Shown: positions 19,768 through 27,862 of the stretch, piece by piece
Position numbering within the stretch: position 1 is the stretch's first letter
Layout: each line of letters begins with the position of its first letter
Virus record (IMG/VR): IMGVR_UViG_3300025018_000436
Span: 1 to 29,463 of that record
DNA length: 29,463 bases
Reading direction: 5' to 3' (one strand)
From: a virus
Lineage: Duplodnaviria > Caudoviricetes
Translations under genes and position numbers: made by a program
The notes under the pieces: model-generated
Seen by the model: only the letters and a program-made list of their open reading frames with translations
Databases searched by the model: none
Told to the model about the DNA's origin: nothing

Positions 19768-19877
19768 ATGTTTCTTTTTTTATTACTTAATTTTTTATAC
19801 GCTGCTTTTACTTTAGAATACTTCAAGCCGTACTCTTTTGCTTTCTTTCTCAGCAACTTTGCTTTTTTACTATTCAT
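19764..19877 (-). CDS. Very basic 37-aa peptide, not in ORF track
   Basis: MNSKKAKLLRKKAKEYGLKYSKVKAAYKKLSNKKRNI; starts 2 nt after the portal stop; ATGA overlap with the next gene. Confidence 0.65.
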   Translation of the reverse strand: MNSKKAKLLRKKAKEYGLKYSKVKAAYKKLSNKKRNI

Positions 19878-19879
19878 GC

Positions 19880-21664
19880 TTATTGTATTAATGGTTGTTG
19901 TGCATCTTGCGCACTTGTCTGCTCTGGATTGCCTCCGCTTTCTTTTGTTGGTTGTTGCTGCATTTGATTTGCGTCTACCGGCTGAGGTTCTTGTGGTGGT
20001 GGAATTGGAATCCCGCGTGCTTTGTATATCGTATCTAATATCCAGTTAACTCTGTTTGGATCTTTCTCATATTGTATAAGTGATATCAAGTCTTGTATCT
20101 GATCTTGTATATCAGAGTTTTCTCCGGTTATAGTAACAAATAGTCGTGGTAGTACACCCTTCCAGATTTCCTTCATATTCTCAATGACTGGGTCCAGCTC
20201 TTTAAGTTCTGCTTTCTTTTCCTTTTTAATTGCATCTGCAACTTCTGCGGTGTGTGGTCCTATCTTGACTAGGTTGTTGACATACCAACTTTCAGCCAAT
20301 ATGTCTTGTAGTTGATCGATCATGTCTGTCTCTCCGACTAATCTGAATATGTCCTGCGCTTTTAGATCTTTTATAAGCTCAGGTAGTACCCATTCTCTAA
20401 ATACTCTTTTATATGGCATTGATACCTTCTGTCGTAGAAGTGTAAACATCTTTCCGGCGTTTTGGTCAAGTAGCATTCCCATCCTGAAAGGTGTTCCGGA
20501 TGGTAGATTTTCCCCGCGGACAACTTCAAGTGAATTTGATAGGCGATCTGCGTCTGCTGATAATCTATTCCAATCTGCAATAAGTTGATCTAGTCCCTGC
20601 ATACGAACATTGATTTGTTCTAAATCTCTGGCAATTATGACATCACCATTATCCAGATCAGCACGAATATTTTGCAGCACCCTTGAATCTTCACTCCGGA
20701 ATATAACCTTAGAGGCCCATTCTAGCCCGCGTGCTAGTTGATTGCCTATCTCGTTTGCTCTTATTTGATGGTCGAATAATAGCTCATACATTCCCACTCT
20801 CCAAAATCTTCCTTCATATCTTCCTCGATGTGCGTATACATAATGGTCAGATAATTTTCCATCTAGTTTTTCAGCAAACAATGTATATTTTTCTCCGTTT
20901 CCGCTCTTCTCAAGTCCGGCAACAATAACTTTTGCCAAGAAATAATTATGCTCACTTCCTTCGTCTTTTCCTTGACATTGGTTAAATTCAAGCTCAGATA
21001 CTTCTCCTGTATATTCGTATATTTCGTATTTGTTTGTCGTTGAAGTTAGAGAAGTAGTTTCTCTTGTGGCGGTGAATAACTTGTTGCCTAGCTCAGATAT
21101 TACTTTTTTCTTGTTGTCCCATCCCTCCATTGATTTTATGTCTGATGCTGTCATCTCATGGCGCTCTATAATGTTAGTGTCGTCGATTGATTCGGCTGTT
21201 TGGTTTGTGATGTATGTATTCATGGAGTCAATAATCTCGTACCCTCCTTCAACTTTTTTAAATCCAACGTTGCCATTGGCTGTAAATTCCTCAACTGCTG
21301 CTTTTAGCTTGTCATCTTCCCCATTCTCAGCCATCCATTTTTTAAGTGTGGCGTTTGAAATGAAGACAACAGGAAAATCTTTGCGTGGATTCTGGGAGAA
21401 AACAACAATATTTTTTGTGTCAAAGCGTAGGTTTTTAACTTCACTATCTGCTCTGGGGGAGATTATATCGAAGTAATAATCATATGACAGATCGTCGTTT
21501 AGTTTAGATCCTGAAAGGTCTCTATTTTTAAATCTGAATATTCTTGATATGGTTTGGTGTTGACTGAAAAATACTCTCTCACTAATTTCTATTTTCCCAG
21601 TCATATAGGAATTGATTTCAGTTTCTAGTCGGTTATAAAGGGTTGGTATTATGGTTTTGCTCAT
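19880..21664 (-). CDS. Portal protein
   Basis: 594 aa; 'NGNVGFKK', 'IIERHEMTASDI', 'FWRVGMYELLFDHQ', 'RGENLPSGTP', 'VTITGEN' and Gln/Pro-rich tail resemble podovirus portals. Confidence 0.8.
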   Translation of the reverse strand: MSKTIIPTLYNRLETEINSYMTGKIEISERVFFSQHQTISRIFRFKNRDLSGSKLNDDLSYDYYFDIISPRADSEVKNLRFDTKNIVVFSQNPRKDFPVVFISNATLKKWMAENGEDDKLKAAVEEFTANGNVGFKKVEGGYEIIDSMNTYITNQTAESIDDTNIIERHEMTASDIKSMEGWDNKKKVISELGNKLFTATRETTSLTSTTNKYEIYEYTGEVSELEFNQCQGKDEGSEHNYFLAKVIVAGLEKSGNGEKYTLFAEKLDGKLSDHYVYAHRGRYEGRFWRVGMYELLFDHQIRANEIGNQLARGLEWASKVIFRSEDSRVLQNIRADLDNGDVIIARDLEQINVRMQGLDQLIADWNRLSADADRLSNSLEVVRGENLPSGTPFRMGMLLDQNAGKMFTLLRQKVSMPYKRVFREWVLPELIKDLKAQDIFRLVGETDMIDQLQDILAESWYVNNLVKIGPHTAEVADAIKKEKKAELKELDPVIENMKEIWKGVLPRLFVTITGENSDIQDQIQDLISLIQYEKDPNRVNWILDTIYKARGIPIPPPQEPQPVDANQMQQQPTKESGGNPEQTSAQDAQQPLIQ

Positions 21665-21692
21665 CTATTGGCTACAATGCTTTATTTTAAAA

Positions 21693-22409
21693 TTATAATC
21701 CGTAGCTATTAGCGCTTTTGTGTTTGAGTTTCATCTTTGGTCTCATGTCTGGGGACCTTCTCTCATAATGCTCTCTTATTGCATTAAGTACTGATTGCTT
21801 TTCAGCTCTTAGCGCAGCTGCTTTTTTATCCATTCCATTTGGAATAGCATACCTTAATGATGCTGATATTGATAGGTATTGATGAAACTCGGGATTAAAT
21901 CCGGGTTTTTTGGTTGTGTCAATTGCTGTAAAATAGTTACCTCCACGCTGAAATTCAAGCTCTACGCCATCTGCATAACCATAGTCTGGTACTGGTACTG
22001 GGAATACTGCGCCACCTATTTTGTGGTATTTGCTTGGTGTGCCTGTTGAGTTAAGTTCGCCGTCTGTTAGCTCAGATCTTAGCGCCGGAGTTAAAGTAAA
22101 ATAGACCCCGTTTCGGTCTTTCATTCTTACTCTGTGGATAACAAGAGAGCTATCTAAAAGCGTGTAATGATCTTGGTTTGCGGTTAAATCTAGCGTTGCA
22201 AAAGGAAAGTCGGTATTTGTAGTATCATCCCATTTGTGATTTGGGTCTGCTTTGTATAATTCCGCAACAACTTCATCAAGGGCAACATTTACATTGCGCG
22301 TCCTGTCAGCAAGAGAATAGTCTTCATTAAATACTGCGCTCGATCCAAATAGAAGAAAGTCTATATCTTGAATGATTCCTTGAAATAGTACAGAATCGTT
22401 ATATACCAT
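21693..22409 (-). CDS. Head-tail adaptor-like protein (tail tubular A analogue)
   Basis: 238 aa; 'LTANQDHYTL', 'GTPSKY', 'PVPD', 'PGFNPEFHQYL' match podovirus adaptor patterns. Confidence 0.65.
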   Translation of the reverse strand: MVYNDSVLFQGIIQDIDFLLFGSSAVFNEDYSLADRTRNVNVALDEVVAELYKADPNHKWDDTTNTDFPFATLDLTANQDHYTLLDSSLVIHRVRMKDRNGVYFTLTPALRSELTDGELNSTGTPSKYHKIGGAVFPVPVPDYGYADGVELEFQRGGNYFTAIDTTKKPGFNPEFHQYLSISASLRYAIPNGMDKKAAALRAEKQSVLNAIREHYERRSPDMRPKMKLKHKSANSYGL

Positions 22410-22424
22410 GTGTATATCATATCA
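22410..22424 (-). promoter_or_regulatory. Extended -10 promoter for the virion operon (leaderless)
   Basis: TGATATGAT (22424-22416), then 6 nt, then ATG. Confidence 0.55.
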
Positions 22425-22522
22425 TATTTGCGTTTTTTTTTACTACTTTATTTTTGACACAATCATGCATTTGCTAGTTTTGCAACTATACACACATTAT
22501 GTGTATTTTTTTATATATTGGC

Positions 22523-22552
22523 TTGACAATGGTTATATAATGGTTATATAAT
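22523..22552 (+). promoter_or_regulatory. Sigma70-type early promoter P1 containing an 11-bp tandem repeat
   Basis: TTGACA-18 nt-TATAAT; AATGGTTATAT twice; ATG 6 nt after the -10. Confidence 0.8.
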
Positions 22553-22558
22553 CAAATC

Positions 22559-22720
22559 ATGTTATTAATTATTCTAAATCTTATGTACGATATCTATAAA
22601 GAACTAACAGAAGAGCAAGAGAGAGAGGCCCGCGCAGAACGTAGGGAGATAGAAAAGGACGAGAGAGAGGTTAAGGAAGCGGTTAGTATTTATCAGGAAT
22701 TAGGTTATCAATTTAATTAA
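22559..22720 (+). CDS. Small charged helical protein (53 aa), not in ORF track
   Basis: MLLIILNLMYDIYKELTEEQEREARAERREIEKDEREVKEAVSIYQELGYQFN; the second Met is an alternative start. Confidence 0.6.
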   Translation: MLLIILNLMYDIYKELTEEQEREARAERREIEKDEREVKEAVSIYQELGYQFN

Positions 22721-22728
22721 ATTTTTTT

Positions 22729-23259
22729 ATGAAAACTGTAAAAGAACTTTTATCTCAACAATGGATAAAAAGAAATGGAGAAGTAGATCAAGGAATGGTA
22801 GATCATTGTCTAAAGTCGTCAATTTATGCTGATATGGGTACTTATTACCTTGACATATGCAGTAAGCCAAGAATTGATAGCACGCTATATTATGCAGATA
22901 TTGATTACAGTACTGGCGAAATGGCAAAGGATATCGGCAAAGAATTTCATACCTTCAAAAACTACAATATGAGAATGAATAGTAATAGGAAATGGCTTGA
23001 AAAACTTGTAGAAGATAATTACGAAGTCGTGATATTTACACAATATACAAATGACAAAACAGACGGACTTATCAAGCATTGGAGTAATAGACGATCATAC
23101 GAAGCGCTCGAAACAGACCAGAAAGCAACGCAAGAAGAAAAAGAAAAGATCATCCAAGTACTAAAAGAACAAGATAAAAAATACGAGAAAAGACTTGCTG
23201 CTTATTACAAAAGATATGCAGACAAGATAAGCACTAGCAGTTATTGGGCAGATAGATAA
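22729..23259 (+). CDS. Hypothetical early protein
   Basis: 176 aa ORF in a tightly packed operon; ends YWADR; no family recognised. Confidence 0.7.
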   Translation: MKTVKELLSQQWIKRNGEVDQGMVDHCLKSSIYADMGTYYLDICSKPRIDSTLYYADIDYSTGEMAKDIGKEFHTFKNYNMRMNSNRKWLEKLVEDNYEVVIFTQYTNDKTDGLIKHWSNRRSYEALETDQKATQEEKEKIIQVLKEQDKKYEKRLAAYYKRYADKISTSSYWADR

Positions 23260-23278
23260 TTACAAATTAAATTAACTT

Positions 23279-23551
23279 ATGACAGAACAAAACAAAAGAA
23301 TGAAAGAGTATCTCATAAAAAATGGTATTGAAGCCATGCCAAAATATATTAAAACTGGCTCAATGAAAGGTATATGGAGAATATACAACAATAAGATTAA
23401 ATGGTACGGAAACGCAGAGTTACAGAATAAAATGCACTCGCTTGGTTTCCGGTGGATAGACGGTCAACGGTTGGGCGATAGTAGTGGTAATGGTGGAAAC
23501 TTTCACATATTTACTATTTGTCCAACAAATAAAAGTTTATTAATTAATTAA
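23279..23551 (+). CDS. Hypothetical early protein
   Basis: 90 aa ORF, AT-rich leader. Confidence 0.65.
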   Translation: MTEQNKRMKEYLIKNGIEAMPKYIKTGSMKGIWRIYNNKIKWYGNAELQNKMHSLGFRWIDGQRLGDSSGNGGNFHIFTICPTNKSLLIN

Positions 23552-23556
23552 AATTT

Positions 23557-23730
23557 ATGAAAACAGAAATCAAAAAACAATGTCCAGATTGTGAAGGACC
23601 TATGTGGTATGACTACGCAGATACCACTTATAACTGTGACAAATGCAATATGGCTTATGATGCCGATGAGATAGACGACATTATGGAAGCTAATTATAAT
23701 TTGGAGGAATGTATTACGACAGGAAATTAA
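23557..23730 (+). CDS. Zinc-ribbon microprotein (57 aa), not in ORF track
   Basis: CPDC-x14-CDKC followed by an acidic tail. Confidence 0.7.
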   Translation: MKTEIKKQCPDCEGPMWYDYADTTYNCDKCNMAYDADEIDDIMEANYNLEECITTGN

Positions 23731-23745
23731 AAATTAAATAACTAT

Positions 23746-24303
23746 ATGAAAATATTTACAGAAGAAAACAAAACAATGTATGTAGTTGTGGGAATGACAT
23801 CATTAATAATTGGAATTGTGGCAACGATCAGTGTCTTTTGGTTCTTCACAAATTACAGACTAAGATCACCATTTCAGAACCCTATTATTAGACGTGATTT
23901 AACGCCCATAATTGAAAACAAATCAATCAATGTAATACCCACCACCACTCCTACGCCTAAAGTCTCACCAGCGGCAAATTCAAAGACAAAGACCGCTATT
24001 GTAACCGCTTACTCTTGTGGAGGATTGACGACTGATGAAGAAATTGATATGAATTGTCCTTCACTTCGCAATCATCCCGAGGGACGAACAGCAACAGGCA
24101 CAACTCCAGTCCCTAACAAAACCGTTGCATGTGATAGGGCAAACCTTGGGCGCACGTTCTATCTTGAGGGAATTGGAGAGGTTGTATGTGAAGATGTGGG
24201 CGGGATGATACAGGGATCTGGACGCTTTGACTTATACCTTGAGACTGTGCAATTGGCAAGGTTATTTGGAAGACAGAATATTAATTATCACTTGATTAAA
24301 TAA
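23746..24303 (+). CDS. Membrane-anchored 3D-domain protein (putative lytic transglycosylase)
   Basis: N-terminal hydrophobic helix, Pro/Thr linker, then VTAYS, TATG, VACD, EDVGG and RFDLY (the three Asp of the 3D domain). Confidence 0.85.
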   Translation: MKIFTEENKTMYVVVGMTSLIIGIVATISVFWFFTNYRLRSPFQNPIIRRDLTPIIENKSINVIPTTTPTPKVSPAANSKTKTAIVTAYSCGGLTTDEEIDMNCPSLRNHPEGRTATGTTPVPNKTVACDRANLGRTFYLEGIGEVVCEDVGGMIQGSGRFDLYLETVQLARLFGRQNINYHLIK

Positions 24304-24362
24304 TTATAAAAGTGTAAAGTTAAAATATTCTAATTTGGGGACGCGTGCAGGGAAGTAATTGA

Positions 24363-24563
24363 TTGATGATTGTTATATTTATGGAAGAGATTGATGAAAT
24401 AAACCAAATTATTGACATTACAAAAGTTAAGCCGAAGGTTTTACCTTTCAAGTGTCCAAACTGTTCAGGTTATGGAACGGTTCAATATGGGAAGAAGGTT
24501 TGCCACTCATGTAATGGGAAAGGTTACATATTAGTAAACCAAGAGGAGGATATCCATGAGTAA
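24363..24563 (+). CDS. Small DnaJ-type zinc finger protein
   Basis: CPNCSGYG and CHSCNGKG (two CxxCxGxG); true start probably 24381. Confidence 0.75.
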   Translation: MMIVIFMEEIDEINQIIDITKVKPKVLPFKCPNCSGYGTVQYGKKVCHSCNGKGYILVNQEEDIHE

Positions 24564-25275
24564 TACACCACAAGTTGAAGATGGATTCATAAAGTTAGCT
24601 ACCGATATAGCTAAATACCTAGCCAAAACCTATATGAGCTCATACGAAAGCCAGATCATCTGGGCTATTTTTATAAAAACCTACGGATGGAACAAAAAAG
24701 AGGACTGGATATCAAATAGTCAATTCGTAGAGCTTACCGATATGCACAAGTCTCACGTTTCAAGAACGGTTAAAAAACTAATTAAGCGTAAAATAGTTAC
24801 CCAAACAGGCAACAAAATAGCATTCCAGAAGAATAGCAAGCTTTGGAAGCAGTTACCTAAACAGGTAACAGAAGTTAAAAAGTTGCCTATTCAGGATAAA
24901 AAGTTGCCTATTCAGGATAAAAAGTTGCCTATTCAGGATAAAAAGTTGCCTAAACAGGCGGACACAATATACACTATACAAAAGACAATAACAAAAGACA
25001 TAGCAAAAGGGATAAATTTATTTAAAAAAATAAACCCATCTACTGAAGTTCTATTTGTTAATAAGACCCAGAGAGCAAGCACAAAACGATTAATTAACAA
25101 GTATGGTATTGGTTGGCTTGAAAAAGCAGTTGTTCGGCTAGAGGAAACCAACGCCATGCCATATGCCCCTAGAATTACAACACCTTATGAGCTTGAGACA
25201 AAGCTCGGACAATTAAAAGTTTTCCTCCAACAGGAGAAAGCAAAATCCACTAAGACTGGAGCATTAAAAATATGA
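24556..25275 (+). CDS. Lambda O-like replication initiator
   Basis: 'PQVEDGFIKLA', 'KTYGWNKKEDWISNSQF', 'HVSRTVKKL' match the Phage_rep_O N-terminus; internal iteron array. Confidence 0.9.
   Translation: MSNTPQVEDGFIKLATDIAKYLAKTYMSSYESQIIWAIFIKTYGWNKKEDWISNSQFVELTDMHKSHVSRTVKKLIKRKIVTQTGNKIAFQKNSKLWKQLPKQVTEVKKLPIQDKKLPIQDKKLPIQDKKLPKQADTIYTIQKTITKDIAKGINLFKKINPSTEVLFVNKTQRASTKRLINKYGIGWLEKAVVRLEETNAMPYAPRITTPYELETKLGQLKVFLQQEKAKSTKTGALKI
24795..24958 (+). repeat. Iteron array (probable replication origin)
   Basis: Three perfect 21-bp copies of TAAAAAGTTGCCTATTCAGGA (24876-24938) plus related sites at 24795, 24851 and 24944; A-rich tract follows. Confidence 0.85.
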
Positions 25276-25526
25276 AAGTATCGGAATTATCAGAAGAGAA
25301 AAAGAAATACAATCTTATCTTAAATAATAAATCGGAGTATATGGTGACAGGTGCGCAAAAGAACTCTATAATCAAGAGCCGTTTGAACTTTGTTGTATTG
25401 CCAGATGGAAGCATTATTAACAAGTCTTATATAGTTGAATTTAAATTGAATTATGAAGAAACTAAAAGCGATTACCTAAAAAATTCAAAGAGACTTGCAA
25501 GCGGAGAAGGGGAAATTATTACTTGA
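25272..25526 (+). CDS. Hypothetical protein downstream of the initiator
   Basis: 84 aa; ATGA overlap with the initiator gene. Confidence 0.65.
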   Translation: MKVSELSEEKKKYNLILNNKSEYMVTGAQKNSIIKSRLNFVVLPDGSIINKSYIVEFKLNYEETKSDYLKNSKRLASGEGEIIT

Positions 25527-25551
25527 CAATTTGTTATATTTGTGTTATATT
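25523..25551 (+). promoter_or_regulatory. Sigma70-type promoter P2 (recT operon)
   Basis: TTGACA-17 nt-TATATT with TG extension. Confidence 0.75.
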
Positions 25552-25577
25552 TTTATTATTAACAATTAAACAATATT

Positions 25578-26480
25578 ATGACTAATGACATCACAGTAAA
25601 ACAGTATATAAATAGCCCGCTGGTACAGGGTCGTATACAAGAGGTTTTAAAAGACCATGCACCACAATTTATTATCTCTTTACTCTCTACAATAAATTCA
25701 AATAAAAAACTTTCTACTTGTGAACCGGCGTCATTATTAAATGCTGCAATGACAGCCGCTTCTATTAGTCTTCCGATTAATCAAAATCTTGGATTTGCAT
25801 ACATAGTCCCATATAGACAAAAGCAAGAAGACAAATCCTATAAATGGTTGGCACAGTTCCAGATGGGATATAGGGGATTCATCCAACTAGCACAAAGATC
25901 TAACCAAATGAAAACTATCAACGTAGCGGCCGTACACGATGGCGAGATTACACACTTTGACAGATTGACTGGCGAGATTACCTTTGACTGGCTACCTGCT
26001 GAAGAGAGGGCTAAAAATGATGCCGTGGGCTATGTTGGATATATTGAGTTGATAAATGGTTTCAAAAAAACTTTGTATATGACTATTTCGGAATTAAAAT
26101 CTCATGGGAAAAGATATTCTCAAAGTATGAAACGTGGTTACGGATTATGGACTGAGGACTTTGACTCTATGGCAAGAAAAACATTAATTAAACTATTACT
26201 ATCCAAATATGCACCACTTACAACAGATCTTCAAAAAGCTATACTTGCCGATCAGGCAGTTATAAGAGAAGATGATAAACTAGATTATGTTGATAACACT
26301 CCGGTACTGTCTGAAGATATTGCAAAAGACAAAGAGAGGGCCAGAGTTGTCAAGCATATAAAAGAAAGCATAATACTTAAAGATCTTGAGACATGCAAAG
26401 ACTTTATAACTGATGTTGATACACAAGAGTTATATGATAAGAAGGTTAAAGAGTTGAGTAAAAAAGGGGAGGATAAATAA
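25578..26480 (+). CDS. recT: RecT-family single-strand annealing protein
   Basis: 'CEPASLLNAAMTAASISL', 'LGFAYIVPY', 'AQFQMGYRGFIQLAQRS', 'W..DFDSMARKT', 'SKYAPL'. Confidence 0.95.
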   Translation: MTNDITVKQYINSPLVQGRIQEVLKDHAPQFIISLLSTINSNKKLSTCEPASLLNAAMTAASISLPINQNLGFAYIVPYRQKQEDKSYKWLAQFQMGYRGFIQLAQRSNQMKTINVAAVHDGEITHFDRLTGEITFDWLPAEERAKNDAVGYVGYIELINGFKKTLYMTISELKSHGKRYSQSMKRGYGLWTEDFDSMARKTLIKLLLSKYAPLTTDLQKAILADQAVIREDDKLDYVDNTPVLSEDIAKDKERARVVKHIKESIILKDLETCKDFITDVDTQELYDKKVKELSKKGEDK

Positions 26481-26481
26481 T

Positions 26482-26897
26482 ATGAAAAAAACTTTATTTT
26501 TTGACGTAGAAACAACCGGACTAAAACACGAACAATTCCGGACCTAGTTTATAAAGAGTTTGTCAATATGATCGAGGAACATGTTGATAAGTATGACAAG
26601 ATGGATAAATTTTATCCGGCAGGTTATAACGTTCGATTTGATCTGGATTTTTTACAATCATTTTTTCATAAAAGAGGGAATAGATACGGTACTGGATCCT
26701 ATCAAAACTGGAGAGCTATCGACGTTATGCAATACGTTCACTTTATGGATTACTCTGGAAAATTAAGTCTTAATGATTATAAGTTAAAAACTGTATGTGA
26801 GCATTTTGGAATAGAGATAATAGCCCATGACGCTATGTCTGATATAAGAGCAACGAGGAACTTATTAAAAATTTTACTAAAAAACAATAAGATATGA
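26482..26897 (+). pseudogene. Disrupted DEDDh (DnaQ-like) 3'-5' exonuclease
   Basis: ExoI FFDVETTGL in a 21-codon ORF (26482-26547); ExoII GYNVRFD and ExoIII HDAMSD in the -1 frame (26568-26897). Confidence 0.8.
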
Positions 26898-27862
26898 AAA
26901 ATGAATTAGTGGTCATTGCCGAGAAAAGCGGCCTTGAAAAAAACAAAATAGAAACGCTAGTTGGGAGTTTTGATAAATATTTTCAGGAAGCAAAGGCAAT
27001 AGTTGCCGAGAATAAGAATATCGTGGTAAATGATGAAAAAGATACTGTAGGCATGGAACAAGCAAGATCGGCAAGATTAGCATTACAAAAAGTAAGAGTT
27101 GCAGCCGAAAAGACGCGCGTGGCTCTTAAGGAATCAAGCAGACGCGAAGGGCTTGCGATAGATGGAATAAATAACGTTCTTAAGGCTCTTATTGTCCCTG
27201 TAGAAAATCACTTGAAGATTCAAGAAAAATACGCTGAGTTTATAGCAGAAGAGAGAGCTAATAAGATATATGAAGAGCGAGTGAATGAGCTTTCAAAATA
27301 TGTTGAGGATGTTTGTATATATAGCTTGAAACACATGTCAGAGGACGTATTCAAAGAGCTGCGAGATAGATGTAAAAAGGCCAAGGATGACAAGATAGAG
27401 GCGGAAAAAAGGGCGAAAGAAGAGGCTACACAAAAAGAGCTGGCCTATCAAAAAGAACAAGAACAAATTCGGCTCGATAATATTAAACTCCGGAAAGAAG
27501 CAAAAGAACGTGAAGAGGCTGCTGAAATTGAGAGGCAAAAACAAGCAAAAGCTCTTCAGTCCGAGAGAGATAAAATTGAGAAAATAGAAGCGAAGATCCG
27601 AGAGGAAAAAGAGGCGGAAGCAAAGAAAAAAAATGATGAGTTGTTAAAACAACAGGCAGAGCAAAAAGCAAAAGACGAGATTGAGAGACAAAAATTACTG
27701 GCCCCTGATAAAGAAAAATTGATTGATCTGGCAAGTACTATTGATAAAATTTCAATGCCGGCAGTATCAACCAAAGGAGCGCAGAAAATAACAGCAGAGA
27801 CAAAGGATATACTGCTTAAGTTGAGTGGTGATATAAGGAAACAAGCAAGTAATATGAATTGA
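26894..27862 (+). CDS. Long coiled-coil protein of the phage recombination module
   Basis: 322 aa; 'ARSARLALQKVRVAAEKTRVALKE...IDG' and a Glu/Lys/Ala-rich C-terminal half; between recT and the exonuclease. Confidence 0.65.
   Translation: MKNELVVIAEKSGLEKNKIETLVGSFDKYFQEAKAIVAENKNIVVNDEKDTVGMEQARSARLALQKVRVAAEKTRVALKESSRREGLAIDGINNVLKALIVPVENHLKIQEKYAEFIAEERANKIYEERVNELSKYVEDVCIYSLKHMSEDVFKELRDRCKKAKDDKIEAEKRAKEEATQKELAYQKEQEQIRLDNIKLRKEAKEREEAAEIERQKQAKALQSERDKIEKIEAKIREEKEAEAKKKNDELLKQQAEQKAKDEIERQKLLAPDKEKLIDLASTIDKISMPAVSTKGAQKITAETKDILLKLSGDIRKQASNMN

Noticed and set aside
9352-21476. Many plus-strand ORFs of 60-230 aa overlapping the structural genes
   Set aside because: Antisense shadows of long coding regions; Ser/Leu/Phe-rich, no motifs or expression signals
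24876-24952. Tandem 21-bp repeats as a CRISPR array
   Set aside because: No spacers, no cas genes, and in frame inside an initiator gene; iterons explain them
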